Positions 25,284 through 35,223 of a stretch of 64,000 bases of DNA are shown here, piece by piece (the first letter of the stretch is position 1; the number at the start of each line of letters is the position of its first letter). Both the position numbers and the translations under genes were made by a program. The DNA is from Minisyncoccota bacterium (GTDB taxonomy: Bacteria > Patescibacteriota > Minisyncoccia > UBA6257 > 2-01-FULL-56-20). The notes below the pieces were generated by a model that was given only the letters and a program-made list of their open reading frames with translations, did no database searches and was not told the DNA's origin. The DNA lies in NCBI GenBank assembly GCA_035541435.1, contig DATKNL010000009.1:14687-78686 (forward strand). Direction: 5' to 3'.

Positions 25284-25832
25284 ATGAACGACCTGCAACG
25301 CACGACCGACCCGGACGTCCTGCTTCACCATGCGATCCAAGGAGATTCCGACGCCTTGGGGACGCTTCTCATGCTGCACCGCTCGCAGGTCCTCAGGATT
25401 TGCAGCAAGCGCCACCCTAACCCGAGCATCGCCGAGGAACTCACGCAGGAGACGTTCGTCAACGCCATCCGCGGCTTCAACAATTATCGCGAAACGGGAA
25501 CCTTCTCGCACTGGCTTTCCCGGATCGCGAAGAACCTTGCGAACAACAAGCTCCGCGACGACAGGATGCTGAAGCGTGCGGGCGGCCGGGAACCGGCGGA
25601 GCTCGACGACGCCGCGACCATCACCGACAGCATGCTTGAGCACGTCCCGTTCCGGCTCAGCTTGATAAAGGCCTTGGGCATGCTGCCCCCGTTCCAGCGG
25701 GACTGCTTCATGCTCGTCCATCTTCACGGCCACAGCTATGCAGCGGTCGCCAAAGAGCTCGGCCGAACTGTCTCGTCCATAAGGAGCGGGGTTCATATGA
25801 GCCGCAAGCGGCTGCGCGAACACCTGAGCTGA
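25284..25832 (+). CDS. RNA polymerase sigma-70 factor, ECF subfamily
   Basis: Region 2 ELTQETFVNAIRGFNNYRETGTFSHWLSRIAKN and region 4 CFMLVHLHGHSYAAVAKELGRTVSSIRSGVHMSRKRL. Confidence 0.8.
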   Translation: MNDLQRTTDPDVLLHHAIQGDSDALGTLLMLHRSQVLRICSKRHPNPSIAEELTQETFVNAIRGFNNYRETGTFSHWLSRIAKNLANNKLRDDRMLKRAGGREPAELDDAATITDSMLEHVPFRLSLIKALGMLPPFQRDCFMLVHLHGHSYAAVAKELGRTVSSIRSGVHMSRKRLREHLS

Positions 25833-26032
25833 ACGACCACCTTTCCCCTTGGAACGCCTTTCCCCGAAGGCGTTCTTTTTTTTAAAAAAACGCGCCGTGG
25901 GCAATGACCCCAGCATGCCAGGCGGACGGAGCGATTGACACGCATCGCACCGAGGGTGTTAGATGGAACTGCCGCCTCAAGCGGCGATCTTTGACAACGA
26001 CGTATGCCCCTCAAGGGCAGAAAGGAAGCATC

Positions 26033-27136
26033 ATGGCAACATCGCCCGAAGCAGCAGCCGCAACCACCTTCTTCCCGAACCCGATCATCACGCTCGAACA
26101 GGTAAAAAGAATTGCCGACTACGGAACCCTGGAGCATCTCGAGACGCTGATCATCAAAGAGGCTTGGCACGCGTTCATCGGCAGCCTCTTCGACCGTGGC
26201 GCGAACGTCAGGCCCAAGCACATACCTTGGCTTGAAAGCCGCATTCCGGAGCTCTTCTTCAAGGTGAACAACGGCAGCCGGAACTGCGCCGACCTTGCCG
26301 AGCGGCTCCTCGACTGGTATCTCTTCAACTCCCACGACGACGTCGCAACCCGCGCCCTCGCATTCGCGATCGCATTCTGCGAAAAAGGCGGCTATGACCA
26401 GAAGAAGGTCTTCCGCCGCATTCGCGATATCGGCTACTGGTCGATTCCCTCCATCGAGCCTTTCATCGTCAGGCACCTTCGGAAGATCAATCCGGAATCG
26501 TTTACCGACCGCTATTTCGAGAGCGACTGGATCGATGCCGAACGGGCCTTGGATCTTGTCATGCGTTTTGAAGACGTGACGATGATTCCGATCCTCGAAT
26601 CCATCCTGCAGAATCATGATTCGGGAAAGGTCTCACTGGAAGATGGACACCGCGCCCGCTCGTTTCTGCAATTGAAAATCACCGCGATCCTTCGGGGGGC
26701 CGTTCTGCGGCTCAAGCAGATCCAGAAAGAGCAGCAGCCGTCGCTCAGCTATGTGGTCGGGAAACCGCTCGCGGAAGCTGCAAACCTTTCGGGCGCCGTC
26801 CTCCTTAAGGTGCGACATGACGAGACGTTTCCAGTCGCGCGGCGCGAAGAGGGCATCCTGATCACGGTCACGCTGGAATGCGAGCGCCAAGACGACATTC
26901 CCCGGCTGCGGGACTGTCTCGCGGGCGGAACATTCAGCATCGGTCTTGCTGAATGGCGCCGTTTCGTGTGTCCGCAGCAATTCGACGCTGTCGTGAATCC
27001 GGAAACGTTCGTCTCGAGAAACATCCTTGTCCCGCAGGGAAACGCAACGGCACGGTTCTGCCTGGCGTTCAAAATCGAGGATAAAACCATCACAAACTAT
27101 TTCGGCTACACGCAGCCTGAGCCCCCATCGGCTTGA
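26033..27136 (+). CDS. Hypothetical soluble protein (368 aa) immediately downstream of the ECF sigma factor
   Basis: Starts MATSPEAAAATTFF. No TM or recognisable motif. Followed by a terminator. Confidence 0.5.
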   Translation: MATSPEAAAATTFFPNPIITLEQVKRIADYGTLEHLETLIIKEAWHAFIGSLFDRGANVRPKHIPWLESRIPELFFKVNNGSRNCADLAERLLDWYLFNSHDDVATRALAFAIAFCEKGGYDQKKVFRRIRDIGYWSIPSIEPFIVRHLRKINPESFTDRYFESDWIDAERALDLVMRFEDVTMIPILESILQNHDSGKVSLEDGHRARSFLQLKITAILRGAVLRLKQIQKEQQPSLSYVVGKPLAEAANLSGAVLLKVRHDETFPVARREEGILITVTLECERQDDIPRLRDCLAGGTFSIGLAEWRRFVCPQQFDAVVNPETFVSRNILVPQGNATARFCLAFKIEDKTITNYFGYTQPEPPSA

Positions 27137-27147
27137 GGTGAAATCCC

Positions 27148-27178
27148 AGCCGCTCGCATCATGCGGGCGGCTTTTTCA
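27148..27178 (+). terminator. Rho-independent terminator
   Basis: Hairpin AGCCGCTCGCAT-C-ATGCGGGCGGCT followed by TTTTTC. Confidence 0.6.
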
Positions 27179-27206
27179 TTGCCGCACGCAAGCGCTGCGC
27201 CGCGTA

Positions 27207-27758
27207 TTACCGCCGCGGAGCGTACCGAAGCAGGATGTTCCCGTTTTTGAACATCCGGGAATCGAGCAGGCGCAGGCCCACGGGCTTCTTGAGCCCCGCG
27301 AAGAGCGGCGTGCCCTTTCCTATCGCCACGGGGGCGTACATGAGCCTGAACTCATCCACGAGGTCCGCCTCCATCAGGCTCACCGCGAGCGTGTTGCTGC
27401 CGAGGATCGCGATGTCCGTGCCGGGCTCGTTCTTTATTTTCGTAATCGCCTCGACGAGATTGCCGCTCACCACTTCGGTGTTTTCCCATGTCGGCTCGAA
27501 CGGTCGCCCCACGACGACCTTGCGGACCCGGGTCATCCAGTCCGCCGTCGGACGGTCCTCGTTCCCCTGGGGCGTCGGCCAGTAGCCCGCCATCAGGTCA
27601 TAGGTCCGCCGCCCGAAGAGCACGGTGTCGAGATGGTTGTTCTGGGCGTGCGCGAACTCGTTGAACTCCTCGTCGACGTTGTGCCAGGAAAGGTCGTGAT
27701 GTTCGCCTTCGACGTAGCCGTCGAGGCTCACCATCATGAAGAGGAATGTCTTTCTCAT
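27207..27758 (-). CDS. Dihydrofolate reductase family protein (RibD C-terminal domain-like)
   Basis: MRKTFLFMMVSLDGYVEGEHHDLSWHNVDEEFNEF...DTVLFGRRTYDLM...IAILGSNTLAVSLMEADLVDEFRLMYAPVAIGKGTPLF is a typical RibD_C/DHFR-like fold. Start at internal ATG 27758. Confidence 0.75.
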   Translation of the reverse strand: MRKTFLFMMVSLDGYVEGEHHDLSWHNVDEEFNEFAHAQNNHLDTVLFGRRTYDLMAGYWPTPQGNEDRPTADWMTRVRKVVVGRPFEPTWENTEVVSGNLVEAITKIKNEPGTDIAILGSNTLAVSLMEADLVDEFRLMYAPVAIGKGTPLFAGLKKPVGLRLLDSRMFKNGNILLRYAPRR

Positions 27759-27766
27759 GGATTGCG

Positions 27767-28180
27767 TTAACGCCAGGCGCCGAGGATGGCGCCCATGGCC
27801 GCGATCGAGACGAGGAACGAGACCGAATCGAAGAGCCACAGCTTCCACGGCTTCTTCATCCAGATCACGTCGATCGCCGTCCACGTCGCCGCGAATCCCA
27901 GCCAGAGCCACGCGCCGATGATCATCCCCTTGTACCAGGTCATCGGGCCCATGATGACCGAGTACGAGGCGATCCAGATGATCATCGAGAGCACCGACGC
28001 GCACACGATGTTGGTGACGAGGTTCCAGAACATCGGCTTCAGCATCATCCTGAAGTCGGGATTCTCGGGCATCGTCACGTTGGCGAGCCGCATCCACGTC
28101 TTTCCGAACAGGGGTCCGTGGAAGAGGAACCCGATGATGAAGCACGCGACCGCGGAAACGAGGATGGATAGTATGTTCAT
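27767..28180 (-). CDS. DUF1761-like small membrane protein (4 TM)
   Basis: MNILSILVSAVACFIIGFLFHGPLFGKTWMRLANV... Confidence 0.55.
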   Translation of the reverse strand: MNILSILVSAVACFIIGFLFHGPLFGKTWMRLANVTMPENPDFRMMLKPMFWNLVTNIVCASVLSMIIWIASYSVIMGPMTWYKGMIIGAWLWLGFAATWTAIDVIWMKKPWKLWLFDSVSFLVSIAAMGAILGAWR

Positions 28181-28249
28181 GACTTCATTGTAGCAGAATG
28201 GCGCGGGCGCTGGGCGAGGGTGCTGCTCGGATTCGAACCGCTGGAAAAA

Positions 28250-28573
28250 TCAACTCCCGCCCTTGTTCCCTTCTAACAGCCTAGGGCTAAGTTCGGCGTC
28301 TATGATACCTCCGGCTTTTTCGATCTCGATAACCAATTGATGCAACAATGCTAATTGTTCCTTCACGTTACCCAGCGAATCCGTGTTTACTTCAGCGTGT
28401 TCGCCCGGCTCGCGCGCCGTTTCGTCTGAGTCGACGATCTTGATAACACGGAATGATTCGCCATTCAGCTTGTTCGTCACTGCGCTGAACTTATAGGCGA
28501 GCTCGTTCAACATCCGATCTTTTTCAGTAAGCTCCGATCCTCGCTTTGGCCCGAATTCAGGATTCTTGGGCAT
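28250..28573 (-). CDS. Hypothetical protein (107 aa), islet cargo
   Basis: Balanced composition in a low-GC region. Confidence 0.4.
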   Translation of the reverse strand: MPKNPEFGPKRGSELTEKDRMLNELAYKFSAVTNKLNGESFRVIKIVDSDETAREPGEHAEVNTDSLGNVKEQLALLHQLVIEIEKAGGIIDAELSPRLLEGNKGGS

Positions 28574-28613
28574 AATTGGATTGTACTACGAAATATGTCA
28601 TAGAGAAATTCCA

Positions 28614-29186
28614 TCAACCTTGAGAAACGGATCCGACAATCTCTGAAAGTAATTCCGGGAATTCTCCGGTTTTCATGTCTTCTTCGGTATAATGCCCCCT
28701 CCCTTTCAGTTCAATAATCTTGCCGCCCAAAAAATCGTGAAATATCTTCAAGCTTCTTTTTCCGGCTTCCTCTTCGTTGTCGGCGGTAAATGTGACAATT
28801 CTATTCACGCGCGACTTAATCGTTTTATCTATTTGATAGTCATAAAATTTCTTTTTCGCCTCGCTGCTCGTGCCAATCTTCCAAGGAGCTATCAAAAACA
28901 GCGAATCAATCTTTTGTTTTGAGTCGCCAAGCCAGCGGACTAAAAATGCCGATCCGCAGCTGTGTCCAATTAAAATGCTTTGCTCGGTTATTGCTTCCTT
29001 TTCCAAGACCTTCCTCCAGGCATCATAATCCGGAGCCCACGATTCCGGCATACGAAGAATTTTCGCAGGTATGTTGCGCGCCATCAATTCATCTCGCACC
29101 CACGGCATCCAATGTTTCGCTGGATCGCATTCGATTTCCTCGTGAGGAGATGAGGAGCATCCGTGGATGATAATTGCATTCTTCAT
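28614..29186 (-). CDS. Alpha/beta serine hydrolase (YdeN/RBBP9-like)
   Basis: Nucleophile elbow IGHSCGS (GxSxG); ~190 aa, matching the RBBP9/YdeN family size. Confidence 0.65.
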   Translation of the reverse strand: MKNAIIIHGCSSSPHEEIECDPAKHWMPWVRDELMARNIPAKILRMPESWAPDYDAWRKVLEKEAITEQSILIGHSCGSAFLVRWLGDSKQKIDSLFLIAPWKIGTSSEAKKKFYDYQIDKTIKSRVNRIVTFTADNEEEAGKRSLKIFHDFLGGKIIELKGRGHYTEEDMKTGEFPELLSEIVGSVSQG

Positions 29187-29293
29187 ACCCCTATCTTACC
29201 TCAAAAGTATCGGCGGGCGGCATGGGGCGATGTTCGAACCGCCGCAAATAAAACAAATGACGCAGCTTTGACAGCTGCGTCTTAAATTCCGAA

Positions 29294-29911
29294 TTATATC
29301 CCATGCAATTTCCGGGAATCGAGAATGCTTGGGCCTCGGTGAATATAATCAGCGAGTCCTTGTTGATATTTACGTTCGCGCTCCTTGCGTTCCCTACCGT
29401 CCTCTTCGTACGCGGCCTGCCTGATAATGTCATACGCCACGCTCACGAGCGTAGCGATGGCGAGATCCCTGATGGTCTGCAGTCCGTTCCTGGGCCGTTG
29501 TCCGTAATTACGGACGCTCTCTTCCGGCGGCACGACTTCTTCGATGCCGGTTTTTTGGATGAAGAACCCGCACCAGTCTTCCAGTGGCTCACTGAAATCC
29601 TTGGTATGCCCGCAGGAGCAAATTCTCCCCAGCGTCTCTGCGTTCATCCTGTCCAACTTCGACTTGAGCACTGGCTGCAGGGTCCGGTATAGAATGTGCG
29701 GCGTGAGCCTCTGATCGCTTTTCAAGCCTTCGAGGACGTTTTTGCCGACCAATTGTTGCGCGAGATTTACAATGTACTCCTGATTTTCCTGTCTCATTTT
29801 TCTCTCCTTGTGAGAGTTCTCGTCACCACCATGGATCGCACGATCGGACTCTTCCGAAAGCGGCGATACGAACCCGAGACGGTTCATTAACGATCCGACA
29901 AGCATTCGCAA
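29294..29911 (-). CDS. Hypothetical protein (205 aa), islet cargo
   Basis: Charged and helical; no recognisable motif. Confidence 0.4.
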   Translation of the reverse strand: MRMLVGSLMNRLGFVSPLSEESDRAIHGGDENSHKERKMRQENQEYIVNLAQQLVGKNVLEGLKSDQRLTPHILYRTLQPVLKSKLDRMNAETLGRICSCGHTKDFSEPLEDWCGFFIQKTGIEEVVPPEESVRNYGQRPRNGLQTIRDLAIATLVSVAYDIIRQAAYEEDGRERKERERKYQQGLADYIHRGPSILDSRKLHGI

Positions 29912-30130
29912 TGTCGATGGGGGAATAATATCATATAATTATATAAATGTCAATATTTGCAGGGCCCGTCGTACGGGCCTCCCAGGACCGTCAACCAGGT
30001 CGACGCGGAGAGGGAGGGATTCCGTCGCTCGCTTCGTTCGCTCCTGGAACCCTACGCAGCACCCCGACCCCCTCTCTGGGAAACCCTCGGTTTCCCAGAC
30101 CTTCCGACACGGGGTGCTGCTCGGGTTCGA

Positions 30131-30170
30131 ATCCCTCCGCATGCAAAAAGGAATGTCCAGACGGACATTC
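30131..30170. terminator. Perfect 40-nt palindrome ATGCAAAAAGGAATGTCC-AGAC-GGACATTCCTTTTTGCAT; bidirectional intrinsic terminator directly 3' of tRNA-Ser. Its arms extend into inverted copies of the tRNA 3' end
   Basis: 18-bp stem, 4-nt loop, U-tract on both strands. The flanking sequence cgggttcgaatccctccgc (30110-30129) is the inverted complement of the tRNA-Ser 3' end, with a 6-nt deletion. Confidence 0.6.
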
Positions 30171-30171
30171 C

Positions 30172-30258
30172 TTTTTGCATGCGGAGAGGGAGGGATTCGA
30201 ACCCTCGATGCCGTTTCCGGCATACAGTCTTTCCAGGACTGCCGTTTCAACCGCTCAC
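30172..30258 (-). tRNA. tRNA-Ser (anticodon GGA), long variable arm
   Basis: Reverse complement GGAGAGGTGCGTGAGCGGTTGAAACGGCAGTCCTGGAAAGACTGTATGCCGGAAACGGCATCGAGGGTTCGAATCCCTCCCTCTCCG. Anticodon stem CAGTC/GACTG with loop CTGGAAA; T-arm GAGGG-TTCGAAT-CCCTC. Confidence 0.85.
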
Positions 30259-30330
30259 GCACCTCTCCTTGAAAGCGCCGCGCGGCCCGCGGCATGGCCG
30301 CGCCGCATCGCGAGCTCCCTTATTCTGCCC

Positions 30331-31248
30331 TTACATCGCAAGCTTTTCAAGCGCGGCGATGCGGTCCTCGATCGGCGGATGCGTCATCCAGATGCGGTGC
30401 CACCATGAGACGTGCTCGCCCTTGAACGGCGAATCGAGCCAGAGGTGCGCGGTCGAGTCGCGCGCGGTGCTCATGGGAACGGTGTCCTCGGCGATCTTCT
30501 CGAGCGCCGAGATGAGGCCGGCCGGATAGCGCGTGAGGAGCACGCCCGACGCGTCGGCCAGCGCCTCGCGGCGGCGCGAGATGGCAAGCTGGATGAGCAT
30601 CGTGCCGATCGGGGCGAGGATCGAAAGGGCGATCGCGAAGAGGAAGATCAGTCCCCCGGCCTCGCTGTTGCGCCCGCGGCCGCCCATGCCGCCCCGGAAC
30701 CCGCCCCACACAAGCGAGCGCAGGAAGACGTCGGCAACGAGCGCGATCACGCCCGCAAGCACGGCGGCGACGGTCGAAACGAGGATGTCGCGGTTCTTCA
30801 CGTGCGACATCTCGTGCGCGATCACGCCTTCGAGCTCCGTCTTATCGAGCCGCGCGAGTGCGCCCTGGGTGACCGCGACCGCGGCATGCTGGGCGTCGCG
30901 TCCCGTCGCGAACGCGTTGATCTGCATTTCGGGCGTGATATACACCTTGGGCATCGGGAGCCCGTCGGCGATCGAGAGGTTCTCGACGGTGTTCCACAAA
31001 AGCGGATTGTCGGCCCGCGTGATCTCCTGCGCGCGCGCAAGCGAGAGCGCGATGCTCGCCGAGGAATAATAGCTTATGAACGAATAGACGACGCTGAAGA
31101 TGAGCGCGAAGACGAAGAAGCTCGGGTCGCCGTAATAAGCGGAGATCGCATAGCCGAGCGCCCCGACGACGACGAAAAACACGAGGAACATGAGCCATGT
31201 CTTGCGGACATTCGAACCCTGCAATGAATAGACGTTGGTGGAGGCCAT
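30331..31248 (-). CDS. htpX: M48 family zinc metalloprotease HtpX
   Basis: HEMSH zinc-binding motif (GVIAHEMSHVKNRD), 4 TM, C-terminal WMTHPPIEDRIAAL. Confidence 0.85.
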   Translation of the reverse strand: MASTNVYSLQGSNVRKTWLMFLVFFVVVGALGYAISAYYGDPSFFVFALIFSVVYSFISYYSSASIALSLARAQEITRADNPLLWNTVENLSIADGLPMPKVYITPEMQINAFATGRDAQHAAVAVTQGALARLDKTELEGVIAHEMSHVKNRDILVSTVAAVLAGVIALVADVFLRSLVWGGFRGGMGGRGRNSEAGGLIFLFAIALSILAPIGTMLIQLAISRRREALADASGVLLTRYPAGLISALEKIAEDTVPMSTARDSTAHLWLDSPFKGEHVSWWHRIWMTHPPIEDRIAALEKLAM

Positions 31249-31815
31249 CTAGAACTTCACCGCGACCGGCTGCCGCTCCGCCGCGGTCAGGTCGTCGCCG
31301 AAGAACTGCATCGGCTTGAAGTTGAACACGCTCGCGACGAGGTTGGACGGGAACGTCTGGATCTTCGTGTTGAGGTCGCGCACCATGCCGTTATAGAAGC
31401 GGCGGGCGGCCTGGATCTTGTCTTCGGTGTCGGTGAGCTCGTTCTGCAAGTTCAAAAAATTCTGGTTCGCCTTGAGGTCGGGATAGTTCTCGGCGACGGC
31501 GAAAAGCGACTTGAGCGTCTGCGAAAGCTGGTTCTCGGCGTCGGCCCTCGCGGGACCGCTCGCCCGCATCGCCATCGAACGGGCCTTCGTGACGTCCTCG
31601 AAGACGCCCTTCTCGTGGGCCGCATAGCCCTTCACGGTCTCGATGAGGTTCGGGATCAGGTCATAGCGGCGCTTGAGCTGCACGTCGATGTCGGACCACG
31701 CCTCCTGCGTGCGGTTGCGGAGCGTGACGAGGCCGTTATAGATCGCGATGAGCACGATCACGACGAGGGCGATGACGCCTAAGATGATCCAGGTAATCAT
31801 GTCGCTATTATACAA
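31249..31815 (-). CDS. lemA: LemA family protein
   Basis: N-terminal TM plus [53 protein letters not shown], a classic LemA signature. Contiguous with htpX. Confidence 0.85.
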   Translation of the reverse strand: MYNSDMITWIILGVIALVVIVLIAIYNGLVTLRNRTQEAWSDIDVQLKRRYDLIPNLIETVKGYAAHEKGVFEDVTKARSMAMRASGPARADAENQLSQTLKSLFAVAENYPDLKANQNFLNLQNELTDTEDKIQAARRFYNGMVRDLNTKIQTFPSNLVASVFNFKPMQFFGDDLTAAERQPVAVKF

Positions 31816-31854
31816 CCGACCGCACGACCAGGCAAGATGCGGCGGGGCGCCTGC

Positions 31855-31885
31855 GAAAGAAAAAAGGGAGATGTTGCCATCTCCC
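31855..31885 (-). terminator. Rho-independent terminator after folB
   Basis: Hairpin GGGAGATG-TTGC-CATCTCCC, then TTTTTTCTTT on the minus strand. Confidence 0.55.
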
Positions 31886-32248
31886 TCATATACGAGGCCC
31901 GCCGCGGTTTCGGGTCACACGGACGCCCGGAATCGCCTTGCGCCAGCGGTCCATCTTCGCCACCGCGACCGTCGCGGTCTCGACGTTCGCGTAGCCGAGC
32001 AGCCGCTCCGCCAGACGGACGGCGAGCTCCTCGAGGAACCGGAACTCGCCCGTCTCGGCGACGCAGATCATCGCCTTGCGCACGTCCGCATAGTCGACGC
32101 CGTCCGCAAGGTCCATCGAGCGCAGCATCGGACCGAAGTCCGTGCCGAATTCGAGGTCGATGCGGATGCGCTGCGGGACCGCGCGCTCCTCGTCGCCCGC
32201 GCCGATGCGGACCGACACCACCAGGTTCTCAATGAAGATCGTGTCCAT
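31886..32248 (-). CDS. folB: Dihydroneopterin aldolase
   Basis: [37 protein letters not shown]...[32 protein letters not shown], 120 aa. Start at internal ATG 32248; the upstream Arg-rich extension was rejected. Confidence 0.8.
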   Translation of the reverse strand: MDTIFIENLVVSVRIGAGDEERAVPQRIRIDLEFGTDFGPMLRSMDLADGVDYADVRKAMICVAETGEFRFLEELAVRLAERLLGYANVETATVAVAKMDRWRKAIPGVRVTRNRGGPRI

Positions 32249-32858
32249 GACGGCCTCCCAGATGCCGGAATCCCGCGGCGATCCGCGGTCCGCACCCCGA
32301 CGCGCCGTGGACGCGGTGGAACGGACGGCTCTCGTCGTCGCCCGCGCCGCCGAGCAGCCCCGGCGCGCGGAGCAGCATGAGGTCGCCCGCCGCGAGGTTG
32401 CACGAGAGCACCGGCTGCCCGATGCGCTCGTCGCCCAGCACTTCGACCGTCCCCGATCCGCAGACCGTGACGACCGCGATGATGAGCCGGTTGCGCGCAT
32501 GGTCGCGATGGCTCGTGATGCCGTCGTCCGGTCCGTACTTCTGCACCGATATGTCGTCGGGCGTCCATGCGGCAAGCGACGGGAATTCGCCAGCCACCGA
32601 CGAGAGCACGCGCTCGACGGCGGCCTTCAGCATCGAGAGATGGAACAGCTCCGTCGAACGGGACGGGAACATCAGGCGTTCGAACGCCTGCGTCACCGGC
32701 CCGATCGTCTCGTTGACGCGCTCGAACGGCTCCTGCTTCAGTTCCTGTCCGAGCCCGGCGAGGAAGATCCTGTCGACCGCCCGCGGGATGTGGGCGGCAC
32801 CGATGATGCTCGCCGTCCGCACGGCTGCGGCGGCGTTCCACTGCGTGAATACGTTCAT
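32229..32858 (-). CDS. Fe(II)/2-oxoglutarate-dependent dioxygenase, AlkB-like
   Basis: H-x-D...H facial triad (SHRDHA ... PFHRV). DISVQKYGPDDGITSHRDH...LLRAPGLLGG...SRPFHRV parallels AlkB (CLINRYAPGAKLSLHQDKDE ... SRLFYHGI). Start at ATG 32858 with an AGGAGG RBS. Confidence 0.6.
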   Translation of the reverse strand: MNVFTQWNAAAAVRTASIIGAAHIPRAVDRIFLAGLGQELKQEPFERVNETIGPVTQAFERLMFPSRSTELFHLSMLKAAVERVLSSVAGEFPSLAAWTPDDISVQKYGPDDGITSHRDHARNRLIIAVVTVCGSGTVEVLGDERIGQPVLSCNLAAGDLMLLRAPGLLGGAGDDESRPFHRVHGASGCGPRIAAGFRHLGGRHGHDLH

Positions 32859-33045
32859 GCGTCCTCCTTTTATTGGATCGTGAATACGAATGTAAAAGAA
32901 CAAAAACTGCCCGGGAAGGGCAGGTCTCGAAAGACGGTGGAAAATCTCGAAGCCTCCCCTTCGGTCAGGAATCCGAACGGGACGAGGCGAAGCCGGACCA
33001 GGTTGCGATCGTCTTCGTATGAAGCATGCATTCAGTATAGCACGG

Positions 33046-33076
33046 ACAAAAAAACCGGCCGCACTGCGGCCGGTTT
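33046..33076 (-). terminator. Strong bidirectional Rho-independent terminator after groEL
   Basis: AAAAAAA-ACCGGCCGCA-CTGC-GGCCGGT-TTCG. Reads as a hairpin plus U7 on the minus strand. Confidence 0.7.
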
Positions 33077-33102
33077 CGCGCCAAACGGGCGTGCGATCCT
33101 GT

Positions 33103-34800
<1,698 letters not shown>

Positions 34801-34840
34801 TTACGAATTTTTACGAACGTGCGGATGGAATTTGCGGACG

Positions 34841-35134
34841 TTATTCCTCGATGACGGCGAGGATGTCGTCCTCGTCGCCGACCAGATACTTCTTGTCGCC
34901 GAGCTCGATCTCGTCCGGTCCGTACTTCTTGAACAGGACCATGTCGCCGACCTTCACCGACATGGGCTGCACCGATCCGTCATCCTTCATCTTGCCCGGG
35001 CCGACCGCGATCACCTTGCCCCTCACGGGCTTCTCGCGCTCCGCCGTATCGGGCAGCACGATGCCGCTCACCGTCTTCTTCTCCTGCTCGAGCGCCTCGA
35101 GGAACAGGTGGTTTGATAATGGTTTGAAGTTCAT
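34841..35134 (-). CDS. groS: Co-chaperonin GroES (10 kDa)
   Basis: MNFKPLSNHLFLEALEQEKKTVSGIVLPDTAEREKPVRGKVIAVGPG..., 97 aa, directly upstream of groL. Confidence 0.95.
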   Translation of the reverse strand: MNFKPLSNHLFLEALEQEKKTVSGIVLPDTAEREKPVRGKVIAVGPGKMKDDGSVQPMSVKVGDMVLFKKYGPDEIELGDKKYLVGDEDDILAVIEE

Positions 35135-35155
35135 TTTTTGTTAATGAAAATGCGT

Positions 35156-35182
35156 TTGGCACTCCCGACAAAAGAGTGCCAA
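35156..35182. promoter_or_regulatory. CIRCE element (HrcA operator) upstream of groES: TTGGCACTC-N9-GAGTGCCAA
   Basis: Matches the CIRCE consensus TTAGCACTC-N9-GAGTGCTAA with one substitution per arm. Lies 22 nt upstream of the groES start codon. Confidence 0.75.
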
Positions 35183-35223
35183 TAAGAATTATAGCCGCCG
35201 ACCCTCGTTCGTCAAGGCCGGTT

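Larger units (their letters stand above)
28219..30121. mobile_element. Low-GC ~1.9-kb islet (3 genes, no integrase) flanked by 20-nt direct repeats GGTGCTGCTCGG(A/G)TTCGAA that resemble tRNA T-arm fragments; adjacent to tRNA-Ser. Probable remnant of a tRNA-targeted integrated element
   Basis: Left copy ~28220-28240 (gggtgctgctcggattcgaacc) and right copy ~30100-30121 (gggtgctgctcgggttcgaatcc). Interior GC is visibly lower (~50%) than the flanks. An additional 18-nt exact direct repeat of the tRNA-Ser 3' end lies at 29995-30012. Confidence 0.4.

Noticed and set aside
29995-30130. Possible second, plus-strand tRNA or tmRNA-like gene containing GGGTTCGAATCCC
   Set aside because: Attempts to fold it gave only a 3-bp T-stem and no acceptor pairing. 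It is better explained as direct and inverted partial copies of the tRNA-Ser 3' end (att-like remnants).
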